This document shows, one piece after another, positions 26,056 through 37,800 of a DNA stretch of 64,000 nucleotides (position 1 is its first letter; each line of letters opens with the position of its first letter). The notes beneath the pieces were generated by a model. That model did not search any database, had not been told where the DNA came from, and saw nothing but the letters and a program-made list of their open reading frames with translations. A program made the position numbers and the translations under genes. Origin of the DNA: an uncultured virus (IMG/VR IMGVR_UViG_3300037137_000232) (taxonomy: Duplodnaviria; Heunggongvirae; Uroviricota; Caudoviricetes); IMG/VR virus record IMGVR_UViG_3300037137_000232; one strand, given 5' to 3'.

Positions 26056-27981
26056 TTACCCTTCTATCGACTCAAGGATACCTGCAAACGTAGTAAGGCC
26101 ACCCATGGCCTGCCCGGCAAGATTGCCCGCGACTTGCGATGCGTGCGCCAGTCCGTTCGCTGCATTGATTGCCGCTTCCATCTGACCACGGAACAGATTC
26201 ATCTGCTCGCGTGCGTACTCGAACATCTGCTGCACCGCGACGTTGAATTCTTGGAAGATAAGATTCGCTCGTGTGCGCCACACTTCCACTTCGATGTTGG
26301 CCTGCTTGATGATCGCATCCGACTCGGCTGAGAATCCGGCGACTTGCCCACGGAACACTTCAATAGCCGCATTCGCCTGCGCTGTGTACACATGCACCTT
26401 GGACTCGTTGGTGGCACTGATCGCTTTGTTGGTGTCAGCCGCTGCTGTAACCTGCGCGGTGTAGGCTTCGACGATGCTGCGATAGCCCTGCACTTGCGCG
26501 ACGTAGCCCTGCACCGAAGCCTCGTATGCCTTGAACTTCCCAAGCTCGCCCTCAACCTGTGCGGTATATCCACGCCACTGCGCCTCATATGCAGATACCA
26601 CGGCCGAGTAGGCGCGAGCGTTCGCCTCGTAGATCGCCACCTGAATCTTCGCCACCTCCAACGGCGCGAGCGCAGCTTCCACTTGCGTCTTGTAACTGTT
26701 GGCAAGTGACTGGTTCACATCAGCCACGGCGCGCAACACGTTGACCATCGCCGTGTTCACTTCCGTCTTGGCAAGTTCGGCTTTGATCTGCGACTCGTAA
26801 ACCCGCACGGTTGCTTCGAGCGCCGCGATCTTGTCGCGGTAGACGGCTGCGTCTGCTGAGTACCCTTCCCACAATGCCTTGTACACCATGACATTCAGGT
26901 TGTAGGCAGCCACGTAGGTGGCAACCATCTCCTTCGCTGAACTGATCGCCTGCTCATCCATTCGCAACGACAGCACCATGAACTTGTCCACCATGTCGAG
27001 CATCTTCTCCTCGACAGCCTCGCCGAGCTTCAACATGAACTGAAAATTCTGCTGCTCAAGCTCGACGTTCTTGGTTGCGATGTCAGTGGAACTTCTCACC
27101 ATGGCATCGCCCATGGCAGTACGTGCCTGTCGCATCGACCCCAGTGCCGCACCCGGCGGAATTGTGTAGCCCTTCTTCGCCAGTGTGTCGAGTGATGTGT
27201 CGATGGCACGTTGGAATTCCACATTGTTCTTATCGCCCGCACGAGCGTAGATCGCGTTCTCGATATTGATCGGAATCCCTACACCACCACCAGTTACGGG
27301 ATCGGTGTATGCCGTGATTGCGTTATTGATGCGTGCTCGCAAGAGCGCAAATTCTGGTGCGTACTTGCTGATGAATGCATCCGCATTGCCGGTGATGAAC
27401 GTAGGCAATAGATTCCTGTGCCCGCTCATCTCTGTGTTGTACACACCCACGAGTGTGGCAGCATCCGGCACCGTGATGTCGTTCGGTCGCCGTCCCTCGA
27501 ACACTGGTTGCGTGATGACTGGTGCAGTCGGAATGGTGACGGTCGGATATGGCAACGTCAATCCCGGCATTGGCAAGTATGCCGGAGCACCCGGTAGCAC
27601 CGGCACAAGTGGAGTGGCTGGTGCTGTTGCAGTGAATGCAGGTGCACCCGGTGGAGTTGACGGCTGAACATAGGTAGGAATCGCACCATAAGACGCAACT
27701 GGCGCACTACCTGTGTTGTTATTCGGAATATTGATTGTGTCCTTCAGTGTCACATCTTTTGGCAACACCGGGTCTTTCGGTAGCGGGGGAAGCGCACCCA
27801 CGTTATTCGGATTGCCGAAGTCGGGAAACTTGATGCTGATCCCGGCCGGATGGTAGTCGAAGATGCCGCTACCTGACAACGCACCGAACGCAGCAAGCAA
27901 GCCCGACTGCGCCATGGATGAGAACTGATCTGCGTAATCCTTGTGGATTTGCAGAATCTCTTGGGGGGTCATCGCGGGCAT
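26056..27981 (-). CDS. Virion structural protein, long helical Ala/Tyr-periodic region
   Basis: 641 aa, Pro-rich N-part then heptad-like repeats; end of the structural arm. Confidence 0.75.
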   Translation of the reverse strand: MPAMTPQEILQIHKDYADQFSSMAQSGLLAAFGALSGSGIFDYHPAGISIKFPDFGNPNNVGALPPLPKDPVLPKDVTLKDTINIPNNNTGSAPVASYGAIPTYVQPSTPPGAPAFTATAPATPLVPVLPGAPAYLPMPGLTLPYPTVTIPTAPVITQPVFEGRRPNDITVPDAATLVGVYNTEMSGHRNLLPTFITGNADAFISKYAPEFALLRARINNAITAYTDPVTGGGVGIPINIENAIYARAGDKNNVEFQRAIDTSLDTLAKKGYTIPPGAALGSMRQARTAMGDAMVRSSTDIATKNVELEQQNFQFMLKLGEAVEEKMLDMVDKFMVLSLRMDEQAISSAKEMVATYVAAYNLNVMVYKALWEGYSADAAVYRDKIAALEATVRVYESQIKAELAKTEVNTAMVNVLRAVADVNQSLANSYKTQVEAALAPLEVAKIQVAIYEANARAYSAVVSAYEAQWRGYTAQVEGELGKFKAYEASVQGYVAQVQGYRSIVEAYTAQVTAAADTNKAISATNESKVHVYTAQANAAIEVFRGQVAGFSAESDAIIKQANIEVEVWRTRANLIFQEFNVAVQQMFEYAREQMNLFRGQMEAAINAANGLAHASQVAGNLAGQAMGGLTTFAGILESIEG

Positions 27982-27983
27982 GA

Positions 27984-29141
27984 TTAGGAACCTCCAACGC
28001 TACGTTGAGTTACGGTGGCTTCAGGCTCCAACGAATCCAACTCGATGTAAGCCCCTGTGGTTGAGAGAAGGCGGAACCCCACGTTACGAGTTCGGATGCC
28101 GTTGCCAAGTTTGCGTTTGTGCGTCATGTGCACTGCACCGCGCGCTTTGGTGTCGTACTCATACGCGAACTCGCGTCCTCGGTCATCGAGCAGCACGATT
28201 TGAATCTCGCCGTCAATGATCCCATCGAGATAGATGTAGGGGATGTGCTTGACGCCGGGGCTGCCGAGATCGTCGAGTCCAGTCTCGAACGACCACTGAA
28301 CTGGTGTAAGCGGTGCAGCAACAATCGCATCAAGATCACCACCCAATAGGTAGAGGTTTCCATCGCTGCCTACTCCGTACGTATCCGAGCCTACATTGGT
28401 GAACTGCACGAATGGAACATTTGTCCATCGAGTCGCGCCGTTGTTGCGGACGTTGAGTACCCATCCCTCGAACGTCAACGGCAGCGCAAGCGTGGCCGCG
28501 ATCTTGGCCATTGGCGCGATCAGGCGCGCGATCCCGTACGGCCCGGCCAGTGGCATTGGCGCAGTCAGCGCCGCCCGCATCGGGTAACTGTATACAGACA
28601 TCGTACCAGACACGACTCCAAGCGGCGGGTTCAGCCGGGCACGGCAGAACTCGGCAACCACGACATGCGCGGTAATGCGCTGCATTGGCGTGACCACAGC
28701 ACCCTTCATGCCCGTGGTCATGGCCAACACTGGCATTGGTGCAACGAGCGCCACTGTCCATCGGCTACCCGTCTTGCCACTGGCCGCGATGGTCTGCATC
28801 GGAGCCGTCATTGCCGCGCGCAGGTAAACCTGAACCGTGCCAGTTGCGGCGATGATCTGCATCGGCGCAGTGAGTTGCGCTGTCATGCCACCTCGGCTAC
28901 TCCCCACTGGCATTGGTGCGGTGAGATCAGCCGAAAACTTCGCACCCAACCGATCCATGGTAAACGTCATGGTTTGCATCGGCGAGGTGAGCACTGCTGT
29001 GCTGTGGCGATACACCATCGCAGCAGCGGTCATCGCAGCGAGCTTGTTTGTCTCGCCACTGTTGGCACCCGTCAACGCTTTGCCGTTCGCCGTCCCTAGT
29101 GCTTCAAGGGGAAGGAACGAGCCACTGCCTTCTGCAGCCAT
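27984..29141 (-). CDS. Virion/tail protein with A-x-L/M-T-A-P-M repeats
   Basis: Repeated LTAPM-like units and a globular C-terminus. Confidence 0.75.
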   Translation of the reverse strand: MAAEGSGSFLPLEALGTANGKALTGANSGETNKLAAMTAAAMVYRHSTAVLTSPMQTMTFTMDRLGAKFSADLTAPMPVGSSRGGMTAQLTAPMQIIAATGTVQVYLRAAMTAPMQTIAASGKTGSRWTVALVAPMPVLAMTTGMKGAVVTPMQRITAHVVVAEFCRARLNPPLGVVSGTMSVYSYPMRAALTAPMPLAGPYGIARLIAPMAKIAATLALPLTFEGWVLNVRNNGATRWTNVPFVQFTNVGSDTYGVGSDGNLYLLGGDLDAIVAAPLTPVQWSFETGLDDLGSPGVKHIPYIYLDGIIDGEIQIVLLDDRGREFAYEYDTKARGAVHMTHKRKLGNGIRTRNVGFRLLSTTGAYIELDSLEPEATVTQRSVGGS

Positions 29142-29142
29142 G

Positions 29143-32079
29143 TCATTTCTCCATCAAGACAATCGGATTCGCAAACCGGATGTGCCATGGATCGCCAGTA
29201 CGAATGTTGCCGGGTGCAGTGGCGTAACCACCTCCCGCCCAACTTGTAGTACGCCAATATCCGTACGTGCTCAACGTGTTGAAGTTTCCTGCCGAACCGG
29301 AGACAGGAGGGTAATCTGTGCCGGTACCGTAGTATCGTGACCATGCTTCTTCTCGATACCACCAATCACGTCCATCCCATGTCATCTTCAAATCAAGGAA
29401 TAAACGTTCCCAGTTGAGATCATTACCTATCTCCTTTATGAACGTCGCCTGCAAGTCTTTCAACTCCATGGGTAGTATGTTTTCCGAGTCAGGTAACGTA
29501 CCGGCAGCAACACCTGCCTTAACCGCAGAATTATACAAATCCATGAAGGATGTGTTTCTCTTTACTGCAGGAGCATCCTTGATGAGAATCTCGAAGTGTA
29601 CTCGGTCGAAGATGACATGATCGACCAATGTCGGGTCGTAGATGCCTAGTGTGTCATGTGTGTAGTCGCTACCACTGCCGCCATTGTATGAGTAGTCACC
29701 CGGCAATCCGTTGCGGTCGTAGACCCATGCATCAGACCAGAATGCGTACGTGCCATTCGGGTGAGTGTAGAACGTGGTGAAGCCGTGCACATTCATGTAT
29801 GTGTCAATCAGAATTGCGTATCTGTTCCATCCCCACTTCGGGTTGTCGCAGAACAATAGGTTGCGAAAGTCGCCATTGTGTGAGAACAACCACTTCTCGG
29901 TATCGTCACCATCAGCAGGATAGCCGGGTGGCGATCCTGTAGTTTTGTAGAGAACATGATCGCCGTAGAAACTCAAGTCGGTGTCGATCACTGCAAACCA
30001 CATGTCGTACCAGAATGTCGATTGGTACGACCACCAGTTGCGGTAGTTGTTGATCGGGGTATCGACATATCCATCCTTCGGAGTTGTTAGTGGGATAAGC
30101 TCACCACCAGTACCGAAGGTTGCAGTAATCGTCGCATACCCATTGAGCGCAGCCTTTGCATTTAGCGCCAGCTTCGCACTGTCAGGTGTGTTCGGTGGAA
30201 ATAAAATCTCCTTACTTATTCCATTGTGAATGATCCACGCGCCGAAATGATGTGTAGTGAATGTCAGAGCAGTTGCACCACCATCTACGTAACGCCTGTC
30301 ATTCGTGTAAAGATCGAGTCGTGTTACAAGCGATAAGGTTGTTAAGTCGATGGCGAGTATCGGCATCGCGGGTATGCTGAAGATCACAACGTCTGGTGGG
30401 AGAGGCACCGCGAGAGTTGGCGAGGTGAGCGTACGGCACACCATGATGTTAACCGTCTGCGTTAACTGTCCCTTATTCCCTAGCGGCTTGATCCAACACT
30501 CGACATCGAATTCAACAAGAGTACCAGCAGGTACTGGCAAGTTAATGTTTGAGTTCTTCTTCACGTCGTACCAGACATAGCCAATGAACATAGCGCATCG
30601 GGATGCTGCATCAAGTGCCGTAGACGGACGCCGAAGCTCGTTAACCTTGATGGTTGCCCAATACTGATTCAAGTCAGCCCCGGTCAACGAAATTGTTATC
30701 TCAAGTTCCAACACCCCCGGCGCGATGAAGTATCGTTGTGGATTGTAGACTTGCGGTGAGAATGCTTGTGATGAGTTCGTTGACACACCCATCCATGACT
30801 TGAAGGTATCGAACTTAGTAGTAGTCCATGGGCAATTGACATTCGAGTCTGTCGCCCAAAAGGAAGGATCATTTTTGTATTCAGAACGCTCGAATGCAAT
30901 CGCCGCACATTTGGTGCCGGTGTGGTTGAACTTCCAGTCATACTCCGGTTGATCCACACACCACTTAACCGTGTCGGGTGTGGTTGCATAGTAGTCCTTG
31001 GCTTTTTGCGCAGGCTGAAACGCCCATGATGGAAGTGTCGGCGTGATGCGTGTTACGTATATTTCCGGCACGTTCTGGTTCAGTGGGTTGTTGGTGTCAA
31101 GCGGCCCAATGGCATCAACAGGAAAGATAGCAAACTGGTTGAACGCATCCACATAGATTGCGAACTCACGATCACCGTAGGTTGAACTCGTCACTGTCTG
31201 CTTGCCGTTGGCGCGTGGCCAGTCGGCCGCACCTTGAATGTAAGCAGTACGCACAGGGTCAAGCTTGGTATTGTCCTGATAGGGTATGTCGTAGTTCACG
31301 TCACGCGTGATCGCGTTGGCACTTGGCCCTGACCCGGCATACGGTTGAAATGTATTGACCGGACCATCGGTGTTGCGAAGCATGACACCGGTCCACGGAT
31401 GCGTAGGCGGGTATCCCTCGAAGAGTGTTTCCTTGGCGCGAACACGACCTAGTTTGAATTCTGTGTTGGGATAGGACACTGGCTCATTGACCAGTTGTAC
31501 TTGGTACGGGCGATTTATCAGCGAGAGCTTTGTGCCATCGCTATCACGTTTCTGTTTGAGTATCGTGGATTTTGTTTGCAGTACACCTTTGTCGAGCCGC
31601 ACATTGACACCGACCATGCACCCTTTGTACGTTTGAATACCAACACCATTCTGCGATGTCACATCCAACACAACCGGTTTGCCTGAAGTAGCGAACTCGA
31701 ATGAGAACGCATCAGCCGCCATGATGGTGATGAACACCGACCGACCACGCAACTGAATGTCGATGTCGGCAATGTCTTGGTTGTAGTGTTCATGCCAGTT
31801 GCGCGTGCCTGTCAGATATGCAGTGCGAGCACGTGTACGCGCTCCACCTATGAACACGCCAAGATTCAAATCAAGCAACTTCACATACACGCGCAGTCGA
31901 TAAAGGCTGTTGATCTGCACACCGGGGGTGGACTCGAAGTGATCGAGCCGATCCGCCTGTGTAATGAATGTCTCTTTCTGCCGTTGGTGTAGCTCGAAGA
32001 AACCTTCGCGGTTGGCGTCAGCCTTCTCGCGCCCCACACGGGCGAGGCGCATTTGCTCGATGATGTCGCGTTCGGCCAT
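29143..32079 (-). CDS. Large tail protein
   Basis: 978 aa, beta/aromatic-rich, in the tail block. Confidence 0.7.
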   Translation of the reverse strand: MAERDIIEQMRLARVGREKADANREGFFELHQRQKETFITQADRLDHFESTPGVQINSLYRLRVYVKLLDLNLGVFIGGARTRARTAYLTGTRNWHEHYNQDIADIDIQLRGRSVFITIMAADAFSFEFATSGKPVVLDVTSQNGVGIQTYKGCMVGVNVRLDKGVLQTKSTILKQKRDSDGTKLSLINRPYQVQLVNEPVSYPNTEFKLGRVRAKETLFEGYPPTHPWTGVMLRNTDGPVNTFQPYAGSGPSANAITRDVNYDIPYQDNTKLDPVRTAYIQGAADWPRANGKQTVTSSTYGDREFAIYVDAFNQFAIFPVDAIGPLDTNNPLNQNVPEIYVTRITPTLPSWAFQPAQKAKDYYATTPDTVKWCVDQPEYDWKFNHTGTKCAAIAFERSEYKNDPSFWATDSNVNCPWTTTKFDTFKSWMGVSTNSSQAFSPQVYNPQRYFIAPGVLELEITISLTGADLNQYWATIKVNELRRPSTALDAASRCAMFIGYVWYDVKKNSNINLPVPAGTLVEFDVECWIKPLGNKGQLTQTVNIMVCRTLTSPTLAVPLPPDVVIFSIPAMPILAIDLTTLSLVTRLDLYTNDRRYVDGGATALTFTTHHFGAWIIHNGISKEILFPPNTPDSAKLALNAKAALNGYATITATFGTGGELIPLTTPKDGYVDTPINNYRNWWSYQSTFWYDMWFAVIDTDLSFYGDHVLYKTTGSPPGYPADGDDTEKWLFSHNGDFRNLLFCDNPKWGWNRYAILIDTYMNVHGFTTFYTHPNGTYAFWSDAWVYDRNGLPGDYSYNGGSGSDYTHDTLGIYDPTLVDHVIFDRVHFEILIKDAPAVKRNTSFMDLYNSAVKAGVAAGTLPDSENILPMELKDLQATFIKEIGNDLNWERLFLDLKMTWDGRDWWYREEAWSRYYGTGTDYPPVSGSAGNFNTLSTYGYWRTTSWAGGGYATAPGNIRTGDPWHIRFANPIVLMEK

Positions 32080-32082
32080 TTG

Positions 32083-32110
32083 AAAAAAAGGCGGGGACGA
32101 ACCCCGCCTT
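32083..32110 (-). terminator. Rho-independent terminator
   Basis: On the minus strand AAGGCGGGG-TTCGT-CCCCGCC followed by T7. Confidence 0.8.
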
Positions 32111-32139
32111 CTCCTTACATCGCGGTCAACCCGGAGGAG

Positions 32140-32448
32140 TTAGACCGGGGCACCGAAATTGATCGAACCAGCAACCGCCGTACCGGCGATCACTTCGACC
32201 GTACCGAGTGTCACAAGCGATGTGACACCCGCGCCGAGATCGGCGTCGGCATCGACCGAGACTTGCGCCGAACCGAGCGGGCCAACCGGAGCGATGACAG
32301 CCAACATGCCGTCAGCAGCGGGCGTGATCGAGATGATGTCGGAACGATCCGTCGTCCAGACCGGCGCACCATCGACCAGTGCCGGATTGCCTTTGGCATC
32401 CGTGTAAGACAGCAAAGCGGTGACACTCTTGTCGTCAGGCAGTTGCAT
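32140..32448 (-). CDS. Ig-like beta protein
   Basis: AGGAG RBS before MQLPDDK; DAKGNP...PVWTT pattern. Confidence 0.65.
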   Translation of the reverse strand: MQLPDDKSVTALLSYTDAKGNPALVDGAPVWTTDRSDIISITPAADGMLAVIAPVGPLGSAQVSVDADADLGAGVTSLVTLGTVEVIAGTAVAGSINFGAPV

Positions 32449-32629
32449 GGAAAAATCTCCTGTAAAGGACACAGCGAAGCTACCGAAGAGAAGCCGCACG
32501 GTAGCAAGCGGCAAGAACGGTTTTACACACTCGCAGAGTATCCCTTTCAGGATGTCTCGGAGAGCGCAGTAGTACGATGAATCGTGGCAGTGCCGGTGTT
32601 CTTTCATTTCATCACGCATTCCTCTCATG

Positions 32630-33073
32630 TCAATTTGTCGGCAACGACAGTGTGTACGTGTCTACGGTGTACACCGTAGACGCAGAAAAGCTCAACGAGG
32701 CAAGGTTCAAATCAGCCCCGGCCAGACCGACCGTGCCCTGTACCCGTGCTTCCGTTGTGCTCGACCCACCTGTATCACCCGCAGCCACAAGCCGATAGAA
32801 CGTCGCCGTTCCAGTTCCAACAGCAGCATGACTCCACGTCTCTCCAAGATTTTTCGTGATCGCGCCACTCGCTGCCGCCGCAGCGAATGTAAGCCCAGTC
32901 GCAGTATTGTTGTTGCTATATGCGCACAACAATGTCGCACCACCAACAGACGCATCAGCATCTGCCGGAACTGCACCTGCGTAGACGTTGAGAAAGCTGA
33001 GATTGAAAACCGTCTTGAACGGACTCGTGTCGAGCAGCTTGTTGCGCAGCCCGGTACTGGCTTTGATGGCCAT
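32630..33073 (-). CDS. Virion structural protein (paralog of 33084-33533)
   Basis: STGLRNKLLD...VYAGAVPADAD...ETW...FYRL...GTVG...DLNL. Confidence 0.8.
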   Translation of the reverse strand: MAIKASTGLRNKLLDTSPFKTVFNLSFLNVYAGAVPADADASVGGATLLCAYSNNNTATGLTFAAAAASGAITKNLGETWSHAAVGTGTATFYRLVAAGDTGGSSTTEARVQGTVGLAGADLNLASLSFSASTVYTVDTYTLSLPTN

Positions 33074-33083
33074 GAGCTACTCC

Positions 33084-33533
33084 TTATTGCGCAGGCTGCG
33101 TGATTGTTAAACTATCGCAGGTGTTCACCTGACCGTTGGTGATGTTCAGGTTGGTGAGGTTCAGTTCCGCACCACTCGTACCACACGTGCCATCGAGACG
33201 CGCAGCGGTCGTGGACGAGTTCGTCACCGTGTCGCCGGTCTGCCACAATCGGAACCACCCGGCCACACCATCAGTGAGACCGGTGAAGCGCCATGTCTCG
33301 GCCGCAGCCTTCGATAGTACACCCGCTACGGATGCGTCGAACGTCATGCCGGTGCCCGAACCGTTGACCGACACCGTGCCGAGCAACGTGCCCGTCGCCG
33401 GGTTGTCCGGTGAGGCCGGTTGCGAGCCAGTGTAGATGTTGATGAAGCATGACGCGAACGCGAGTTTGTAGCCGCCGCTACCGCCACCGTCGAGAATCTT
33501 GCCGCGCAATCCTGTCGAAAGTCTGAAGCTCAT
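33084..33533 (-). CDS. Virion structural protein (paralog of 32630-33073)
   Basis: STGLRGKILD...IYTGSQPASPD...ETW...WFRL...GTCG...ELNL. Confidence 0.8.
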   Translation of the reverse strand: MSFRLSTGLRGKILDGGGSGGYKLAFASCFINIYTGSQPASPDNPATGTLLGTVSVNGSGTGMTFDASVAGVLSKAAAETWRFTGLTDGVAGWFRLWQTGDTVTNSSTTAARLDGTCGTSGAELNLTNLNITNGQVNTCDSLTITQPAQ

Positions 33534-34819
33534 GTCCGCTCCTTACGTTGGTTGAACGGCGTACCGCCGCCTTGGGTCACTGTCAAAAGTTGCTTGCTGC
33601 CATTGTGGTAAATGAGTGCTGCAGTTGCGCGGCTGCCGGGTGCCATGGCAACATCCGCTTCGGTTAAGTTCTTGAATGGCGGCACAGTGCAGATGCCACG
33701 CTGTGTCCAGAACCATGCTGTGCCTTCCGGATCGACATCGCCTGCAGTGCCCGGCACAACGCCGTACATGGCGAGGTTCTCGAACTTGTCGTCGTCCGCA
33801 CGCATCCAGATTCCCTTGGACGATCCGACGAGCAACCAGTCAATCACGCGCGAATAGACTTCCTTGGAAATCCACAGCATGAGCGACACACGGCCGGGAA
33901 CCACAATGTAATCTTGGCTCATGTCGAACAAGTGGTAGGCGAATGGTTTGCTGAACCAGATCACCGATGTGTCCGAGTCTGCGAAATACTGCGACACATA
34001 GCAAACGCCTTTGACAAAGCACACCTGCTCAACTCCATCAGGTAATGGTTGTGTGTTCAACGTCGTGAACTCACGCCCACCACGCGCCGGATTGAACGTC
34101 AACGAAACGGTGGAAGCAGCAGAGTTGGAACTGGCGACAAGACGGAACACGGTCCCGTCAGCTTCGGTGGAGTACACGTTGAACTTAGAATAAGCTGTTG
34201 GAACGACAACCCGCACGAGGTTGGTAAGAGAACTTGCGGTGAGTACGAAGATTTCCGAGGGAGCGGACTCTCGTCCATCAGCAGTTTCGTAAGTGACACA
34301 CACTCGGAAGGTAGCGGTGACATACGTCTCCCCCACATTGAACGTGTTCGTGACTGGCGCTGCTGCTATCGCAGCCACATCCGACAGCACGGGCGGCATG
34401 ATCCGCCACGGCAGGTAATCGTAGTTGCGTGCGATCCCGGCATCCACGCCGTTCACGAAATACGCATCCCTATTGGTTGTGTCCCATGCGTAGGGATGAT
34501 TCGATAACCCAGTGATGAGCACCTTCTTGTCGGTGGGCGACTCGACGTACTGCAACGCACCGTTGTCGATCACGTATAGATGCCCGACATTGCCGTAGGC
34601 CGACCACACGGTACCGGTGCTGAGATAGGGGGAGTACCCGTCGCGGCGCGTGACCTTCTTCGTGTCCGAGATGAACACATTGTCGCCGACGTACAACGCT
34701 TTGAGACCGATGTCCTTACGCGAGCGTGTGTTGACCACGCCGGTAAAGTCGGCGAACTTCACATCATCGGGCGTGATGCGCGGTTTCTGCTGCTGCCGCC
34801 ACGGGCGAGTGCCTGACAT
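33530..34819 (-). CDS. Tail/virion protein (beta-rich)
   Basis: 429 aa; FTGVVN...DNV...RRDGY N-terminus typical of podovirus tail nozzle-like proteins. Confidence 0.65.
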   Translation of the reverse strand: MSGTRPWRQQQKPRITPDDVKFADFTGVVNTRSRKDIGLKALYVGDNVFISDTKKVTRRDGYSPYLSTGTVWSAYGNVGHLYVIDNGALQYVESPTDKKVLITGLSNHPYAWDTTNRDAYFVNGVDAGIARNYDYLPWRIMPPVLSDVAAIAAAPVTNTFNVGETYVTATFRVCVTYETADGRESAPSEIFVLTASSLTNLVRVVVPTAYSKFNVYSTEADGTVFRLVASSNSAASTVSLTFNPARGGREFTTLNTQPLPDGVEQVCFVKGVCYVSQYFADSDTSVIWFSKPFAYHLFDMSQDYIVVPGRVSLMLWISKEVYSRVIDWLLVGSSKGIWMRADDDKFENLAMYGVVPGTAGDVDPEGTAWFWTQRGICTVPPFKNLTEADVAMAPGSRATAALIYHNGSKQLLTVTQGGGTPFNQRKERT

Positions 34820-34893
34820 AGCGGGGTTCCTCTTGGGTTATGCGGCGCAGTCTGCATCATCCCCGCCCGGTGTGCAATCTGCTGTAAGCACTG

Positions 34894-37800
34894 TTAGGTA
34901 AACTCGTCTGTTACCTCTTGCTCAACAAACTGATTTACATCAGCACTGGTGAACCAGAGATCGTGATCGAGCCGCTCTTTCTGGAATCGCTGCGTTACAT
35001 CACCAACGTATCCCTTCATGGCTAAACCTAATGGGTAGAGGGTGCAACTATGTGTGTGTCCGAGCACACCCGGCACCATCGTCCCTGATCTACCAGTCAG
35101 GAAAATGTTGGTGAGAACCGTCAACGTACCTTCGGCAGTAACTGCCTGCTGTCCCGTAGGGGTTACGACCAGAAGTGGGATGAACCCGCCCGACCGGGTG
35201 CTTGCGGCTGCGCCTGCCAGACCACAGGTAAGCACTGGTACGAGCGTACCAATACCCGCTGTAACGCCCTGACCAATCATCCCCCCACCCTCGGCAGTCA
35301 CCGGGGAGATCGCCCCACCCGTCCCGGTAGCCGACTGTCCAGTGAAGGCTGTGGTCTCGCTTGTGGAGGGTGCCAACAGCCCGGCTCCGGCGGTCATTGC
35401 CTGCCCGGCCAGAAGTACCCCTGACGCCACCTTGAGCAGCCCGGCCGTGGCCGCAACCGCTGACCCGACGAACACCTTGTCGATAGTCGGAGTCAGCACC
35501 CCCGATGTGATCGTCGCGCGCAGCCCGGCAGGGGTGGGGTAGGCATCCACCTGCCACCCAACATCTCCTCGTCGCACCGTTGCTACCAGACCGGGAAGTT
35601 CTCGATTTAGAAGTGATGCAATGCCGGGAGTACCTGTGACGCGCATTCCTGTAAGAAGCACAAACCACGGCGGTTGAACAATGCCTGCTATACCAGTAGC
35701 TACTTGCCCAACAAGAGCAGCATAGTCAGCCGCAAACAACACACCTTGTGTAGTTGTTGCTGCAAGTCCAACAAGCGCAACAGTTGCGTCTGTACCAAGA
35801 CTGATACCAAGTTGACCAGCAATACAAGTAGCCAGTTGCCCGGTCGGCCATGGACCTGTCATTACTCCTTGAGAAAGTGTCGCACGCTGACCCTGCGGAA
35901 CTAGCGCAGTGCAGTCAAGGTACGATCCATTGATGTAGTCACATGCAACAAAATCTGTGTCGAACGTGTATGCGTAGAGACCAGCACTACCTCGATAGGT
36001 AAGTTGGTACCCGTTATCCACAACATCAATGACAGGATCAACTGCGGTACCGAGATAGCATCGAATCCTAGTCGGGAAAATTCCTTGGACTTCAATTGCG
36101 CAAACACCAAGCCCAATACCCGCTGCCGGATAAACACCAAGAATTACTGAAAAATCAACTCCTCTTTTTTTAAGAACCCACTGTGTGTCTATGCGATTCC
36201 AACCAAAGAAAAAACCAGTCGTAGTAACTACACCGGGACCAGCTTCAGTAAAACTAGCTTGCTCCAATACACGCGCACCAATAGCCATTTGCGGCGTACC
36301 GGCATAGTCCTGTGTTGTGCTACCGACTGAAATTTTCCCATCAACACGATAGTCAAGTGATGGCGGTATGCCGCTCGCCCAATATCCTTCATCATCACCA
36401 CCACCACTATTGTTGTGCTGTGTTACTGCATTTCCAGCACCATTAATCTCAAGTGTATTGCCATGCACACCAGAAAGTGTCCACGTTGCTCCAACTTCAC
36501 CTGTATGCGAAGTAAGTGTTACCCCCGATGTGTCATTGAAGTTGTCAAGAACAAACACAATGCGCGGCGGCTCAAGCAAGCCACGTGCACTCATTAGTTT
36601 CTTGCCAACAAGCCAAACATGAGCATCGTTATTGACAAGTGGAAATGGAGAGTCCGCTCCCGATGCAGTCGTAGCTCGAAGCCCCGTGAGAGCGACATTT
36701 GGTGTGATGTTAACGCCAACACGACCAAGTAGAACTTTCGCAGCAACCGTGAATATCTGACGCTGCGTAGCCCAAAAATTCATCCAAATGGTTACGTTAG
36801 CCGCGCTTGCATCAGTAATTGGATTAGCTGGTGCACGCGCTGAAAACAACCACGAATCTTTCCCACCACCATAACCAGACCAACGATCTGCATCGGATGC
36901 GAAAATGTTAAAGGGTGCAGTGAACTCCACAAAACCAGTTGGAACAACACTCCACGTTGAGCTACTACTAACAGCATCGTTGACAGTGAGCGTATCACCA
37001 TCATCCGCAAAAACGTGATAGACCTCATCACCACGAATTTCCAATGTCTCCCAACCAGCAAAGACACTAGAAGGAGCAGTCTTAGTACTAAGTGTCGGCG
37101 TAGTACGTATACCACTTGTCCATGAAAGTTTAACCACACAACCTTCGAGCAGGAACTGAGTTAAACTCGTTCCATCAGAAATCTTTGCTACTTCAGCAAG
37201 ACTACGTTCCTGCGCTTGCGAAATTCGATATTGTGGTTTTCCGTAAGAAATTGCTGTTGGAGCAACAACTGAAGAGCTACTGAGAACGGTACGCGAAGCA
37301 GCATCAATCGCTGTAACAACAATCTTCTTTGCCCCAAGCGAAGTGCTGGTATACACCGCATATACGATGTCACCATAGCCAGACGGTACTGCGCAAAAGC
37401 CAGTGCCAGTAGCCCGAAGAATAGAAACTCCGGAGACTGATGTAACAAGAGTCTCTGGCGACCATGCTGTATCAAGTACCGTAACTGGATAAAGACCATG
37501 CTCGACACCAGTCCGAAAAGCGAATCCTGTTACATCAGTGGAACTTTCTGCAACAATTTGGTCTTTACCAAATAGACCAAGATTCAAGTACAACCGTTGG
37601 AAATCAAGAAGTACAACAACTGCTTCAGTTGGATCACGTGTTAGTACACCAGCAGTTGCTGTGATTTTTATTCCATTCGGACTTTCATTTGAGATAACCG
37701 GTGTTACGCTTGGAGCATTTAGTTGGCAAGTAGCTCTCATCCCAACCAATTCAGTATTAGGAACAGTAACCGCCGTGTTAATACGACGTGAATAAAAAAC